A stretch of DNA of 63,620 nt, filler included, from Lenisia limosa (Eukaryota; Protista; Breviatea): assembly GCA_001655205.1 (NCBI GenBank). It is 7 parts of 7 records of this genome, joined end to end, with 100 filler letters (N's around TTAATTAATTAA, not from the genome) between each part and the next. Parts side by side here need not be neighbours in the genome. Positions count along the whole stretch, not along the records: positions 14,908 to 27,131 come from LPNZ01007481.1; positions 27,232 to 58,131 come from LPNZ01011359.1; 5 more parts are not named here. One strand, written 5' to 3'. The notes under the pieces were generated by a model that ran no database searches, was not told where the DNA came from, and was given only the letters and a program-made list of their open reading frames with translations. Made by a program: the position numbers and the translations under genes. Shown here one piece after another: positions 24,596-37,518 of this stretch. The stretch's first letter is position 1; each line of letters starts with the position of its first letter.

Positions 24596-26238
24596 GTTGT
24601 TAAGTTGTAAACAATTTATTTATATAATAATAATACTCCTCTCCCAGCTCTCAGAACCTCATTCCTGTTGATTAAGTAAGTTGCCGTCTTTTCTACCAAA
24701 CTTGTTTTCATTGACTCTAATTTTGGAGGCGTATATTCATATATACAGTGAGTTACATAAGCAATGGCAAAAAGTTGTTTCTTATAACTTTTCGCAATAT
24801 ATGTCTTTTTAAGTGTGAATTGCACCAAAATTCGTATTGTTGGCAGATATTTTGATTTTTGTCATTCACCCAATTTAAACATGTAAGGTAATTTGGGTTC
24901 ACTAAATAAAAAAAATGGTGTATTTTGATCCATTTTGTGGCTTAACCCAATTGAACATGCCCTACTACTTGATGGCAAATACCGTGATTCTTGTTAAATC
25001 CACACCTCTGTATCAGACATGATGGAAAAGCAGCAATATGCTTGTTTTGAAACCACCTCAAAAGAGATGAGAAACCTGATTGACACAATACCATGATGAG
25101 GCTGTCATCGCCACCAAGGGGCGGGCCAACTTAAGTACCAGAAATTTTCAGTGTTTTGATGCACTGATTTTTATAGTATTACAAGTGGTATGGTTTTTTA
25201 CAAACAACATTGTGTGCAAAAAATCAAATATTGTTCAATTTCCAATAAAATGACAAACTTTTCAGAGAATGATTGGGTCCTATATATATATCACAATTCA
25301 ATCAAGGCCCTGCAAAAATGATACTTTGTTTTGATCGTTGTATTCTCCTGAGAACTGTCACTGATCTCTTTTTCCTCTATCCTCAGTCTCGATATACTGT
25401 ATATGAGGCTGCTTTTTCGGACCAGTTGATGTTGTGATATTTTAATCAAAAACAAAAACTCAGATTCCTTCTCTAACTCCTTTTCAGCCTTCCCAACTTC
25501 TACTGCATCAAGCTGCCAGAAACAACCATCTAGCTAGACGTATAGATTTTACTTTTTTTGTCGGAACATTCTTGCAAGATAGTCCAAAATACGAGCCATC
25601 TATTAGTCTGAAACAGAGAATCCTCCAAAAGTAGGACCTTAGACGAGTACTAAGCCTCGTGGAAGATAAGCATAAAACCATAAACTAAGAGCTAAGCCCA
25701 GCCTGTGCGCCAAGGAGCAATGTTGACTCCAAATTCCCTAGTTCAATTACAACGTGCGGTTTCAAAACGGCTTATGTAGTACTATTATAGAACTTTGCTT
25801 TCGGTTCCAATAGACCGATGAAATATCGATAGTTATCGAGATTTATCGAATTCCGTCTTTTTTGGAACCGAAAGTGAAGCCCACTGAACGTATATCTGCG
25901 GCTGATCCATGCCGATGGTGTTCCCCCAAATACAATTTTTTGTCTTTGCTTAAAAATATCATTTTGTCGTATTATTATCTGATAAATACTTATACATATG
26001 ATATTATAGCTTTTCAACTTTCTTTCACAACATAACTTGCTTTCTTTGCTCAAATATATTACCTAATTTATGCTTTTTTTTTTATGTTTTGCCCAAACGT
26101 ACATAATTTATGCTGGCCGCGTATAGGCATCGGATTTCTCAGAGCGCGTGGATTTTTACAGACCACAAGGTAACCTGAAAAATAAAAAAAAGGAAAAAAC
26201 AATTATTGTTAAACACTGACCGCGAAAAGCCCTAACAT
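24596..26238 (-). CDS. Hypothetical multi-exon protein
   Basis: Exon-like segments MLGLFA|GYLVVCKNPRALRNPMPIRGQHKL, KKLYLGEHHRHGSAADIRS, DGCFWQLDAVEVGKAEKELEKESE, FSSLLRWFQNKHIAAFPSCLIQ. R1 MITE at 25795-25882 lies in an intron. Boundaries uncertain. Confidence 0.35.
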
Positions 26239-26425
26239 GGATATTGAACTTTATCAGACAATTGTGTCAGGACTTATCACAGTCAATGTATACATACATG
26301 ATACTATTTTGTACAAAAGCCGGTAATTAACTTCCTCATGGCTTCAGAAAAAAAAAAAAAGCCAATCATGGCAAATAATCACAAGGTGCCACAAAAAAAT
26401 GTGCCTAAATGAAGATTTTTGTATC

Positions 26426-26517
26426 TTGGGCTTCCGTCCAAAAAAGACCGGTAAAATATCTATATTTATTGAGGATTTGAGAAATTCAGTCTTTTTTGGG
26501 ACCGAAGGGAAGCCCTA
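26426..26517. mobile_element. R1 hAT-MITE copy
   Basis: TTGGGCTTC...GAAGCCCTA termini; flanks TTTGTATC/GGTTTATC (5/8 identical). Confidence 0.7.
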
Positions 26518-26579
26518 GGTTTATCCCTCATATTTAATGATATTTTTTTGCCCTCAGAAGAAAGAGTCGGTTGGAGTGA

Positions 26580-26820
26580 GCAAACACCCCGCTTGATAAT
26601 ATGATACCAGAGTGTGTATTTGAATACGTGTCTGAAATGGAGAGCTCCCTACAATATGTCTCAGTTTAAATATCAAATTAATTTCTAAACCAATTACGCG
26701 GAGTTCTAAGAAGATCACAAACCAACTCCCCTCCAACTTGATGAATTCCTTTCTTGTTCTTCTTTCGGAATAGTTTCAGCGTACTCCTCTTTTGTCAGTG
26801 TTTTCACTGCGTCAACACAA
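26580..26820 (-). CDS. Gene fragment (two exons), upstream part lost at linker 27132-27231
   Basis: Exon CVDAVKTLTKEEYAETIPKEEQERNSSSWRG after acceptor ttttactccgccctcag; further exon DTYSNTHSGIILSSG. Confidence 0.35.
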
Positions 26821-27310
26821 CTGAGGGCGGAGTAAAACGAAGGAAATTTCGATGAAAAAATATTGTCGTAAAGGTACTAATCACGAACCGAATAATCTTA
26901 AGGGGGGATAGGAATATAAAATGTTATGAAACAAAACAAAGCACAAAATCAATTCTGTTTGCTAGCAACAATCGAGGGTTGAAAACAACAATACAAAGAA
27001 AGCCCAGGCCAGTCGTTTCTGCAGCACCGCATCCCATCACTCCAGAGGGTGGTAAGCAAACGTAAATATGTAGAGGAAAATAAAGAATGTGTATTGAGGA
27101 TTTATCAATGAATGAAACTTTTATCGAGGGTNNNNNNNNNNNNNNNNNNNNNNNNNNNNNNNNNNNNNNNNNNNNTTAATTAATTAANNNNNNNNNNNNN
27201 NNNNNNNNNNNNNNNNNNNNNNNNNNNNNNNCAGGATAGTCAAAAGAGAAGCAGACATTTATGGAGCTGGGCTAACGCAAACAATACATAAACTTTTTAA
27301 CGCCTTACAG

Positions 27311-28008
27311 GTACGTTTGGGTGATCGAGCGGTGGTGGGACTCTTCAAAGNNNNNNNNNNNNNNNNNNNNNNNNNNNNNNNNNNNNNNNNNNNNNNNNNN
27401 NNNNNNNNNNNNNNNNNNNNNNNNNNNNNNNNNNNNNNNNNNNNNNNNNNNNNNNNNNNNNNNNNNNNNNNNNNNNNNNNNNNNNNNNNNNNNNNNNNNN
27501 NNNNNNNNNNNNNTTCGCTTCGTGATTATTACCTTTATGCCAATATTCTTCATCGAAATTTCCTTCATTTTACCCCCCAGGCCTAGCCATTGCCCAGGTG
27601 GACGATGTGAGGCCGGTTCTGGCATCTTACGGAGGCACCAATGTCGGCGACAACTTCAATAGGCGGCTCAAGTGGGGGGAGGGCACTGAGTAGCTACTGC
27701 GGTCGGTTTTTCTTGTATATTTAAAACTCGATACTTTGCCGTTCTTAGGAGACACTGTTCATAATGTGCTTTTCGGCTTTGCTTTTCTTTGCAGCCACTA
27801 TATATAATCTTTGAGTGTTACTAAAAGACTCATGCCCCAGGGAGTACCGTGAGAAGAAGGCGAAGAAGCCTGAGGTGGCTGCTACTGCCGCTGCACAGAA
27901 GGCGGCAAGGGGTAGTTCAGGACTTGTTTCAATGTGAGTGCTATTGTCTTCTTTCTCTCTCCTTGTTTTTGTTGTTATTCACTTTTCAGGGTAAAAGGCT
28001 TCCTCTAA
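27311..28008 (+). CDS. Hypothetical protein, C-terminal exons (partial)
   Basis: YVWVIERWWDSSK, GLAIAQVDDVRPVLASYGGTNVGDNFNRRLK, EYREKKAKKPEVAATAAAQKAARGSSGLVSM|VKGFL*; GC3-rich codons, GT..AG boundaries. Confidence 0.55.
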
Positions 28009-28080
28009 AGTGGGATTTCCAAGGATAATTAATGTACATTAAATCAGCAATTTCAGTGGTCTAACAGTATGGCATTGTAT

Positions 28081-31000
28081 TCATTCCAGTCCCCCGTGTG
28101 GTATTGATGCAGCGGCAGCTCGGAAGGCACAGACAGCCGTATCAGCAAGTCGAAGAGCCGACTCGGGAGGGTCCTGGACATGTAAATAGCATTATGAATC
28201 TATTCAAAATTCTTGGCCAATAAAAAGATGTCAGATGAGCAAGCTCTTCCAGAATAATTTCCCAATCTCCCATGGTGATAGATGCAATTGCAATTATGAG
28301 CTCCACCAACTTCTGCTTTGAGGAGCTTGAGATATAATTGATCCGGTTGCGGGAGGTTGGACGGTAAATCCGGAACGCTAGGGGGCATTTTGGGATAGAT
28401 CCGGTGTGAAGTTGACTTGGTGGTCAGTTACAGAATTCGGATAGTTATGGTAATGTTATGTGAAAATTATAATAAAAAGAGCATTTGGTCAGCCGTTCAC
28501 ATCATCACGCTGATGAGATACTGGATTGCACCCATGCCTCAGAGCAAAGAAGTCCCCTACCTTCCATTTTGGAAGATCGTGTTTAATAAAGTTCTTCACT
28601 CGCTCTGTCAGTTCCGGAGGGGTGTTTTCCTTGAGTGTAACTTATGAACCAATATAGCATAAAGTTCGACTTTGGAGCATTGCTTTGCACGACATGATAG
28701 TATCCGCCAACAGATGATTGAGTCCAGGACAGGTAGTCCGTCATTGCGGGAATAAGGGAACACATCACGTGGTCTGACTCAAGTTAGCGAGGGAGGTGTC
28801 AAGAAAAAAGATTCTTTATAGATCGGTGGGATTCAAATAACGTCAAGGTGGACAGTATTCAACGAAAGAGAGTGTCTTATCTAGTCACTTGTTAACCTTC
28901 TTGCGTTCGCATGTTCTCAACAATGATATTCATCATCTTCATCGCAACGTTTGTGATCTTTGACATCTACACTTTGTTACAACGTGGTGCTATACTGCTG
29001 TTGTTAAAAATATAACATGTTCAAGTGGAATCCCCATTTCTCAGTGTTAAACGCAGCTCACAGTGAGGTCAGGCCCATGTGTCAGCAAAGGCCAAATAGT
29101 CACTTGTGAGGAGCAAGGCAAATACGGAAACATCGAAATAGCCTAACTAGTTAGAAGACAAACGTGTTTGAGCTAACTGAAAAGCGATTTACCTGGTTTG
29201 CTCTGGAGATGTCCAAAAGCCCTAAAGAGGCCGACGTAAATCGTCCAACAGAACTCAGGAGCTACGGAAATGATAGAGTTTAACAAATTTTGGCAATGAA
29301 GCAAACAATGAAAGCAAAACGTACCACAGAGTGACAGGAGAATGCGGAATGCTGGTTATGTGTATCAATGTGTGGGACCCTTCGAAGACACGCGGACAGC
29401 AGTTTGTAGATATTGCTGATGGTTGAATGAGAAAAATTAAAGAAACAAGAAAGCTTCGTTCAAAATATTATCTGTTATGTAAACATACAAAGCAAATACT
29501 ATGATTATATTATACTAGGCCAACCTCTGGTTTTCTTTTGAGATAGAAGGGATGCCATTTGGTGGGCAAATCAATAAAGACAAACAGTCAAGAACCTAAA
29601 GTGTAAGTAACCCAGTACAATTTCAGATAATAGAAGACCTAAAAAAAAAGCTCCTCTAACTGGGCATAGGGCATTCCAAGCGCTGTTACTCAAGTCAAAA
29701 CCTGAACGCATTTACCAATGGAAATAAAATAGTCACAGGATTTCTCTTAGATTATGTTGTAGCTGACAAGTGAGGGATTACAAAATAAACAACGGGAAAT
29801 GCCTGGGAACTAGTAGTGGGTACAATGATCAAAATATTCTGAAGTAAGTGATATCGTTATGTTCAAATCTGATGAAGCTAGCACCACCCACCGAAATCCT
29901 TCTGTTCCTTCTCCCCGTTGATGAACTGCCAGCATTCCTCCATCCCACACACGGCGACCAAGCCAGCTTGAACCAATGGAGTAATGAGGAGGGAGGCGTA
30001 ATGGGCTAAGAGGTAAGAAGAAATTTGCGGGAAAAGACGAATTTATCGATTGCTATTGTCAATGTTTACAGTTGTCCAGTATTTTAATGAACATAAGAGC
30101 GGTAATAAGAAATCCAACAGGTACTAAGGTAACTCTCAACAATACTTACATAAAGAAGGAGGCGACGGTAAAGGCTTTCCAGTGGGGGTGAAGAGAGCAA
30201 CAGAAGACAATAGAGCTGCACAATAATCATTTTTGCATTGTCATTAATCAGTACATTACCTGTCACGAAAAAACCTAAAGCAAAAGCAAGGACTATTTTT
30301 AAAAAAGTTAACCGAAAAAATAGATACTAATCCATTTATTTTTAAGACGCCATACCATTCAGAATAGAATGTAGCCGGATGAAGACTTCTGGTAAGAGAG
30401 GTGCCGAAGCAATTCGGTCAACAAATGGTTCCAGAATAAACAAGCTACTCTCCTGAAAGATGAAACAACATGTTTACCCATTTCCACTAGTGATATGATC
30501 TTATGACCGACCTTCGAGTCGCACTGTGTGGAAAATGACAGTTCACACGTGTGAAAATGACTCAAAAAGTGAAGACGATAAACAGCCCAAATACAATTTG
30601 AACATTTAGTGGCACTGAAGACAGCATTGCCTCCATAACCGCAGAGAGGAAAGGGAGAGCGTGGAGAGGTGCACTAAGAATACGGCTAAAGATACTCAAT
30701 TCAAATTGTTGCGAAGTATGGATCTCATAACCCAAATCGTGACCCCCCCTTTTCGTATTCAGTAAATAATTTCCAGAAAACTCATCCCCCCCCCCCCACT
30801 CATATATCATTGAAATGAAGAAAATCACAATATCTGAAAANNNNNNNNNNNNNNNNNNNNNNNNNNNNNNNNNNNNNNNNNNNNNNNNNNNNNNNNNNNN
30901 NNNNNNNNNNNNNNNNNNNNNNNNNNNNNNGACCAGTTAACGCTGATTTTAAAAGGCTTGAATTATTTCATCAATTTTACAAAGGAAAGAGCCCCACATA

Positions 31001-33655
31001 CTTGATGGTTCATTCAGGATATCAAGACAGAAGTTCAATAGATCAACTGCGCTGTCCTTTCCAAATTCTGATAAAGTTGTTGCAAAACCCAGACCTGGAT
31101 TGGTCAGCGGGTGAACAATGTAATAGAAGGGACTCACCCATAACCGCATGTGGAGTGAGAGGAGAAACACCCGAGGAGTAGGAAGATGGTAAATGAGTCT
31201 GTTAAAGTAAATGCATTAGGGGATTCATACGTATTCTTTGGATATTCTTACAATCCCTATTGTTGCAATAATCAAACATTTTGCATTGAACAAGGTTAAT
31301 ATCAACTTTGATAGAGGTGGGTATGGCCATAATAAGCCTTTATGCAGCCACACATACAATGTTAGTTTGGGTTGAAAGGCCGGCAAGAGCCACAAGAGAT
31401 GATCTTAAGAGCTGCGGGGATACCACTTTTCGAGTATCACCAGACCAGTCAGCTGCCGCGGTCCAAAGATGGGCAGAATAATAAAAGGAACAACTTGGCT
31501 CTGGACAATAAAAAATGGGCTTCAGGGCGAATCTTCTCAGTACAATAAGAAATTCAAATCCCAAATAACGTTAAATTTTTTTCCACACCTTAGACTGCCC
31601 TATGGAAAGAGTTGGCCCTACATACCGCAGTGGGCTAGTTCCTCACAAAGAACCGCTTTGACTTCGTCTGGTGTGCTTGTTGACTCCTGTTAGATGAAAC
31701 ATACACACCCACAACGTTATCACAGAACTGACTTTCAATATCTCAACAAAAATTCCGTAATCTGTAAACAATGTTGTTCGTCATATTTGAGATTGCCAAC
31801 AGAGCCGACCATTAGAGTGTGCAATAAAGCTTCGGAAGGAAGCAGACTTTGTGACACCGCTGTCGATTTCTGAGCCTCAGGCGCAGCGCTGAGTGTCAGT
31901 GTGATGGAGGAACAACAAACCATGCAACATTGTAGATCTCGGAGATGAGTTTGAGAAGCTGCTTGGGGCAAGAACAAAAATGTGGACCTGTTTTGTTAAA
32001 GTTGAAAACTGTTGAAAGAAGAGTCATAAATTAAAATCTTCGGATTTAGCATCTATTGGCTTAAATTAGGTGTTAAAATCTGTAGCTTTTACAACGATCA
32101 TAAATATCGATGTTTTATTGATTTATTAGTATTCCCAGATAATACTCCAATTATCAAATGACAAGTTGTCATCACTCACTTCCAACACGGCAAAGGGATA
32201 AAAGATGTGCCAAGTAGAACCGTGTCACCTTCAAAAGTCGTGCCTAAATCGATATTACAATCTCAGTTCAAAATGAATAAGAATGGACAAAACACAGGGC
32301 ACTACAAACAAACCTCTGTTAGTAAGTCAGGATCTTTCAGAAGAGCAGAAATGCGAATGAAGATTTCCTTCAGAGTTAGGCAGAAATATATATAAGCAAA
32401 AACCCCTGTAAAAGATAGGGGAACAGTTAGAATCAAAGTGGATTGCAGCTATTAAATCTTACATTGATAAGGCCTGAAAAAGCTTCCTCGGGCACTTCAT
32501 CTCCACGATCCACAAAAATCTACATCGTTAAATCAGAAACTTTAAAAATGAGAGGATGTTCTTTAACCCACTTTGACAGCAGCTTTCCAAACATCATTGA
32601 CAACAGCAAAGTCATTGTGAACTGTTGACACGAGTACAACGAGGTCCACAAACTGGGGTGCTACTTGGTATAAGACTGGTGATGAAATATTAAGAAGAGG
32701 ATTATCTTCCCAAACAAGGTGACGCGTATCTCATAATTTAAGCGAGAAAACCCTCCTTTTTATAATGAAACCTACCGTTAGTGACATCCTGCTCATCTGG
32801 TACTAAGTCCTTGACCATTGAAAGCAAAATGCTCTGTGCTTCTATACACCGTTAACTGAGAAACAACTAAATAAATGGAACTGATAGTTGTTAAATTCTT
32901 GAAGTTACCAATACCAGTGACAACAAACCACATACATTCACATAACTCCCAACAGACTCGAATGCAAAGACGTGACCATGGCAATGCTGGTGGGGGAGAC
33001 GCTTGTGGGGCGTTGCTTCATAAAGGCCTCAACACCCTAGCAATTGTAAAATCGGATTAAGGTTGGCGCCATTCAAACTTACTTCGTGCCCCCTCCCTCC
33101 CCAAACTTTTGCCCATGCCCGTGTTGAAAGAAGCAGTTCCGTTATAGCGACGAGCTGGGATGACCTATCCTCCACTGTGGTATGGCTAATGCACACAGCA
33201 AGACAGGGGAGAACACCCTGTCCGTTTAGTGATCCAATATTAACTGATCGAACAAAAACACAAGAAAAGAATAAAACGTCCATTCATGTCTTTGTTGTCT
33301 GAGATGACATAAAATACAGTAACCTTACATTGTTCCAAATGAAAAACTTTATAAAATTTACGACACTAACTTTTCATATGGTGGCATCTTTGTCAAGAAA
33401 AAAACCTGTATAACTGCTATGATTGACAGAAAAGTAAAACAGGATTCCTACTGAAATTGACTCCACAGCTGCATCCGCAGCATCAAAGCTGTCAAATGAC
33501 TCTGGCTCTCTGATTAGTCCATGGCGGAGCTGATCGAGACGCTAGAACAAGAGATTAGAGCAACAACTCGGAACTGTAGGCCGAAAATTCATATCTTTTC
33601 CAATATTCATCATTATTATTATGAAAAATTACCTAACAAACCTGATTAAGCTCCA
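28081..33655 (-). CDS. Large alpha-helical multi-exon protein, possibly FIRRM/C1orf112 (DUF4487)-like
   Basis: Many short minus-strand exons, e.g. RLDQLRHGLIREPESFDSFD, HNDFAVVNDVWKAAVK, IFVDRGDEVPEEAFSGLIN, EIFIRISALLKDPDLLTE, ARLLKVTRFYLAHLLSLCR, HLWTAAADWSGDTRKVVSPQLLRSSLVAL, TPPELTERVKNFIKHDLPKWK, DPPESALRLADTAVCAFRAAAASIPHGGLE*. The gene is well supported; the family call rests on weak remembered similarity only. Confidence 0.45.
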
Positions 33656-33950
33656 TAACCTTGTTCTCTTTCAAGTAACTTTAACATTAAGGCTTTATTT
33701 CACAAATATGCAATTTAATTTAAATACAATTATGATAATCAATCATTTCAATTGCAACAAAAAGAACAGAATCTTGGGTTTGAGTTCTCATGGAAGAAGG
33801 CTGCCCCGTGCCGTTTTCCTTTATTGCTGGTCTTGGTCTCTTTGCTGTTTTTGCCTGCCTCTTCTTGTATCTTCATCAGTTGCTGGTATAATTATATATA
33901 TTTTTAAATAGGGTATATCAAATTGAGTACTAAGTAAAGCTGTGTTCAAT

Positions 33951-36900
33951 ATGAGTGTGCTCTTAGAGACCTCCCTTGGCGAGATTGTCATAGATTTATT
34001 TGTTGATGAATGCCCTAACACGACGAAGAACTTTTTGAAGCTTTGCAAGGTTTGATCTCGCTGTGATTCACTCTCGTATCTGTCTTCGTATAACTATCTA
34101 GGTCAAATATTACAACTTTACTCCATTCCACAACGTTGACAAGGATTTTATTGCACAAACTGGAGACCCAACAGGAAGAGGAAAGGAAGGAACCTCGATC
34201 AATGGGTGGGTGTAAAATTCAAGTTTGTTTCACCACTTTCCAGCAATACATAATTCTGGCCATTTTGTTTTCTTACATGACAGACTTCTTTATGGAGAGC
34301 AGGCAAGATTCTTCCCTGACGAGATTCGACCAACGCTGAAGCACGATCAGATTGGACGTGTCGCCATGGCTAATGCTGGCAAAGATCTGAACGCTTCCAT
34401 GGTATGGCTAGTGATGGTTGTGGGTTAGAATTTCCCGTTTATTTATAGCTAGTTTATAGATTTATCAAATTTTCTTTGAAAGAAATGACTATTTAGTTTT
34501 ACATTGCTCTTGGAGAGGAAATTCCCGATCTTGATGAACAACATACAAGTAAGCAATGGTATTTTGATGATGTTTTTGAATGGTGGAATATCTGATACCA
34601 TTGGTACAACATACTTCTATGTTGGTTTGTGGCGGTAATACGGGATTACGTTTTGACATGAGCAGTTTTCGGTCAGGTTGCTGAAGGCTTTGAAACCCTG
34701 GAGAAGATCAATGAAGTCATGGTCAATGATGAGAACAGGCCTTTCCAGGACATCAGGTTTACGGATATTTTGTTGCTGTTTGGGAGGATTCGCTAATTAA
34801 GCAATATCCAAACATTGGTTTACTAAGAAAAGACCGTTTTCAATCCCTTATGTTCCAGAATCAAGCACACTGTCATTCTGGACGACCCCTTCCCAGACCC
34901 AAAGAACCTTGAGGTTCCTGACGAGTCGCCCATCCCCACCCGCGAGCAATTAGATGTGAGGAGGCACTGTTAACCACTATTGCCACAGCGGTCAAGATTT
35001 GATAGATTCATTTAAGAATATGTTGAAACAACTAAACGGAGCTTTATCTGTTCACTGTGTACCCCTAACCGATTTGAACCCCTGGCTTTGCCGCCCCATT
35101 TATACGATCAGCCCCTCTTACGTTGCAGAATGCCAACCTTGACGACGATATCGACCTTGAAGTTTTGAAGGAGCAAGAAAACGACGATGAGGTTGAGAAG
35201 GAGAGGCAGATCAGAGAAGCTGTGGCTAGAGCCGAGGTGAGCCAGTGAAAGTTGTTGCTATGAAATAATCCTAAGTACATACATGTACATATATATATAT
35301 TACATAGATATCAATTTTTGGGTGATTTTCACAAGTATGAATTATTATTTTCCACGCAGCGGTGTTAGATAATTGACATGATTCAAATAAATTTTTCCAT
35401 CCCCTCCCCCCCAGATTATTCGATTGGTGATNNNNNNNNNNNNNNNNNNNNNNNNNNNNNNNNNNNNNNNNNGAAGATACCCTCTTTGTCTGCAAGCTAA
35501 ACCCCATCACCCAAGATGAGGATTTGGAGCTTGTCTTCTCCAGATTCGGCAAAATTGTTGAGTATGAGGGGAAATGGTACCATTATGCCAAAATGTCCGG
35601 CCCCCCCTTACTTTTGTTCGTAACTCCTGATTGTGCTGGTGTTTTCAGCATCAGTCTATTTAGTCATCAGAGTTGATTTTGGTTTTTTTTTTGGTTCATC
35701 AATTTCTTTACCACCCCCCCCCCCCNNNNNNNNNNNNNNNNNNNNNNNNNNNNNNNNNNNNNNNNNNNNNNNNNNNNNNNNNNNNNNNNNNNNNNNNNNN
35801 NNNNNNNNNNNNNNNNNNNNNNNNNNNNNNNNNGGTTCGTAATTGTTTGATAGTTTGTGTAATCCTAAGGTTTTTATTCTCTCATGTGACTTCAAAAACA
35901 GCATTTTACTCCCCTCAGATACCAATTTTACTCCCCCTCAGATGCGCCATCATCCGAGACCATCAGACTGGTGACAGTCTGCAGTACGCCTTCATTACCT
36001 TCGAGGACAAGACGTCAGCGGAGAGAGCCTTCCTCAAAATGGTACGGTCAACACACTCTTGGACTTAATCATCCCCAAGAAATCCATTCTTTAACATCGT
36101 TTCACAATGATGCTTTATGTTGGGGTTTTTTTAANNNNNNNNNNNNNNNNNNNNNNNNNNNNNNNNNNNNNNNNNNNNNNNNNNNNNNNNNNNNNNNNNN
36201 NNNNNNNNNNNNNNNNNNNNNNNNNNNNNNNNNNNNNNNNNNNNNNNNNNNNNNNNNNNNNNNNNNNNNNNNNNNNNNNNNNNNNNNNNNNNNNNNNNNN
36301 NNNNNNNNNNNNNNNNNNNNNNNNNNNNNNNNNNNNNNNNNNNNNNNNNNNNNNNNNNNNNNNNNNNNNNNNNNNNNAAAGTGTATCCCAGCTATGGAAC
36401 CAAGTCAGAAGAGGCAAATATGGTGAGCGACTTGTAAGGGATTGAAAATGGATATATGATCAACGATTCCACTAATAAGACAAAAGAACGGAAATGAATC
36501 TTGTTGTATTATATGTTCATTTTCCTTACTGCTTCAGAGAGATATGCTGGTAACGCCAACAAGAGATCGGGTAAGTGGATGTTGGAAACTCGTTGGCACT
36601 TCGCATTTCTACCTACTATGATGCGACATATAGTACATACATGTATGTTTTGTCTGGTCCCTTTTCATTATGGAAATGTGACAACAAGCCTATTTTGGTA
36701 ACGAATTTTATATGTAATCCCTCTTCATTCAATCAATTACTAAAACACGAGTGAAGGTTTCACAGAGTTAATTCTGGAGTGACATTTTAGATCCAAAACC
36801 GCACTACGAGAAAAGGGAGGATGAGAGGCCTCGCGACCGCAGAGATGATCGCAGGGGAAGAGACTATGATAGAAGAGATGACAGAAGAAGAGACAGAAGA

Positions 36901-37059
36901 AGTGATAGAAGAGATGACAGAAGAGATGACAGAAGAGATGACAGAAGAGATGACAGAAGAAGTGATAGAAGAGATGACAGAAGAGATGACAGAAGAGATG
37001 AAAGAAGAGATTATGATAGAAGAAGTGACAGAAGAGATGAGTTTGGACGAACGCGTTGA
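33951..37059 (+). CDS. PPIL4: Cyclophilin-RRM protein (PPIL4/Cyp59/Rct1) with Arg/Asp-rich tail
   Basis: [33 protein letters not shown]|[23 protein letters not shown]..., [81 protein letters not shown], then (RRDD)n tail ending TGA at 37057-37059. Confidence 0.96.
36850..37040 (+). repeat. Coding 12-bp tandem repeat (AGAAGAGATGAC)n encoding the RRDD tail of PPIL4
   Basis: ~14 degenerate 12-nt units in frame with the last PPIL4 exon. Confidence 0.9.
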
Positions 37060-37518
37060 TTGTCATTTTAATGGTCCTTGTATGTGTTCAAAATATATTG
37101 TTTTCATTGTTATATGCTATCATTTCCATGTCTTTATTATTTGATTCGTGTACTGTATAAATACTCGCAGGCATATATAAGACATATAGACATATAGGTC
37201 ATCTTCACCAGAGATTTCACCCTGGGTGGTGGTTGATGCAACAACTTGGAAAACGTCAACAACACAAATAAAGGCTTGGTGAAGTCACATGTGGTTACCC
37301 CCGTGACCTCCCTCCCTTTTCTGATTTTTTTTTTTTAAAAAAAAATCCTTTCTGTGCAGGTGCAAACAGCAGAATACTTAAATTAAACTAACCAAAAACC
37401 AAAGTGTGAANNNNNNNNNNNNNNNNNNNNNNNNNNNNNNNNNNNNNNNNNNNNNNNNNNNNNNNNNNNNNNNNNNNNNNNNNNNNNNNNNNNNNNNNNN
37501 NNTCTCTTTACTCTTCAG

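Noticed and set aside
36821-37144. MTEE-repeat ORF, antisense FCHL-repeat ORF, or a CRISPR-like array
   Set aside because: These are alternative frames of the 12-bp coding repeat for the PPIL4 RD tail; there are no unique spacers.
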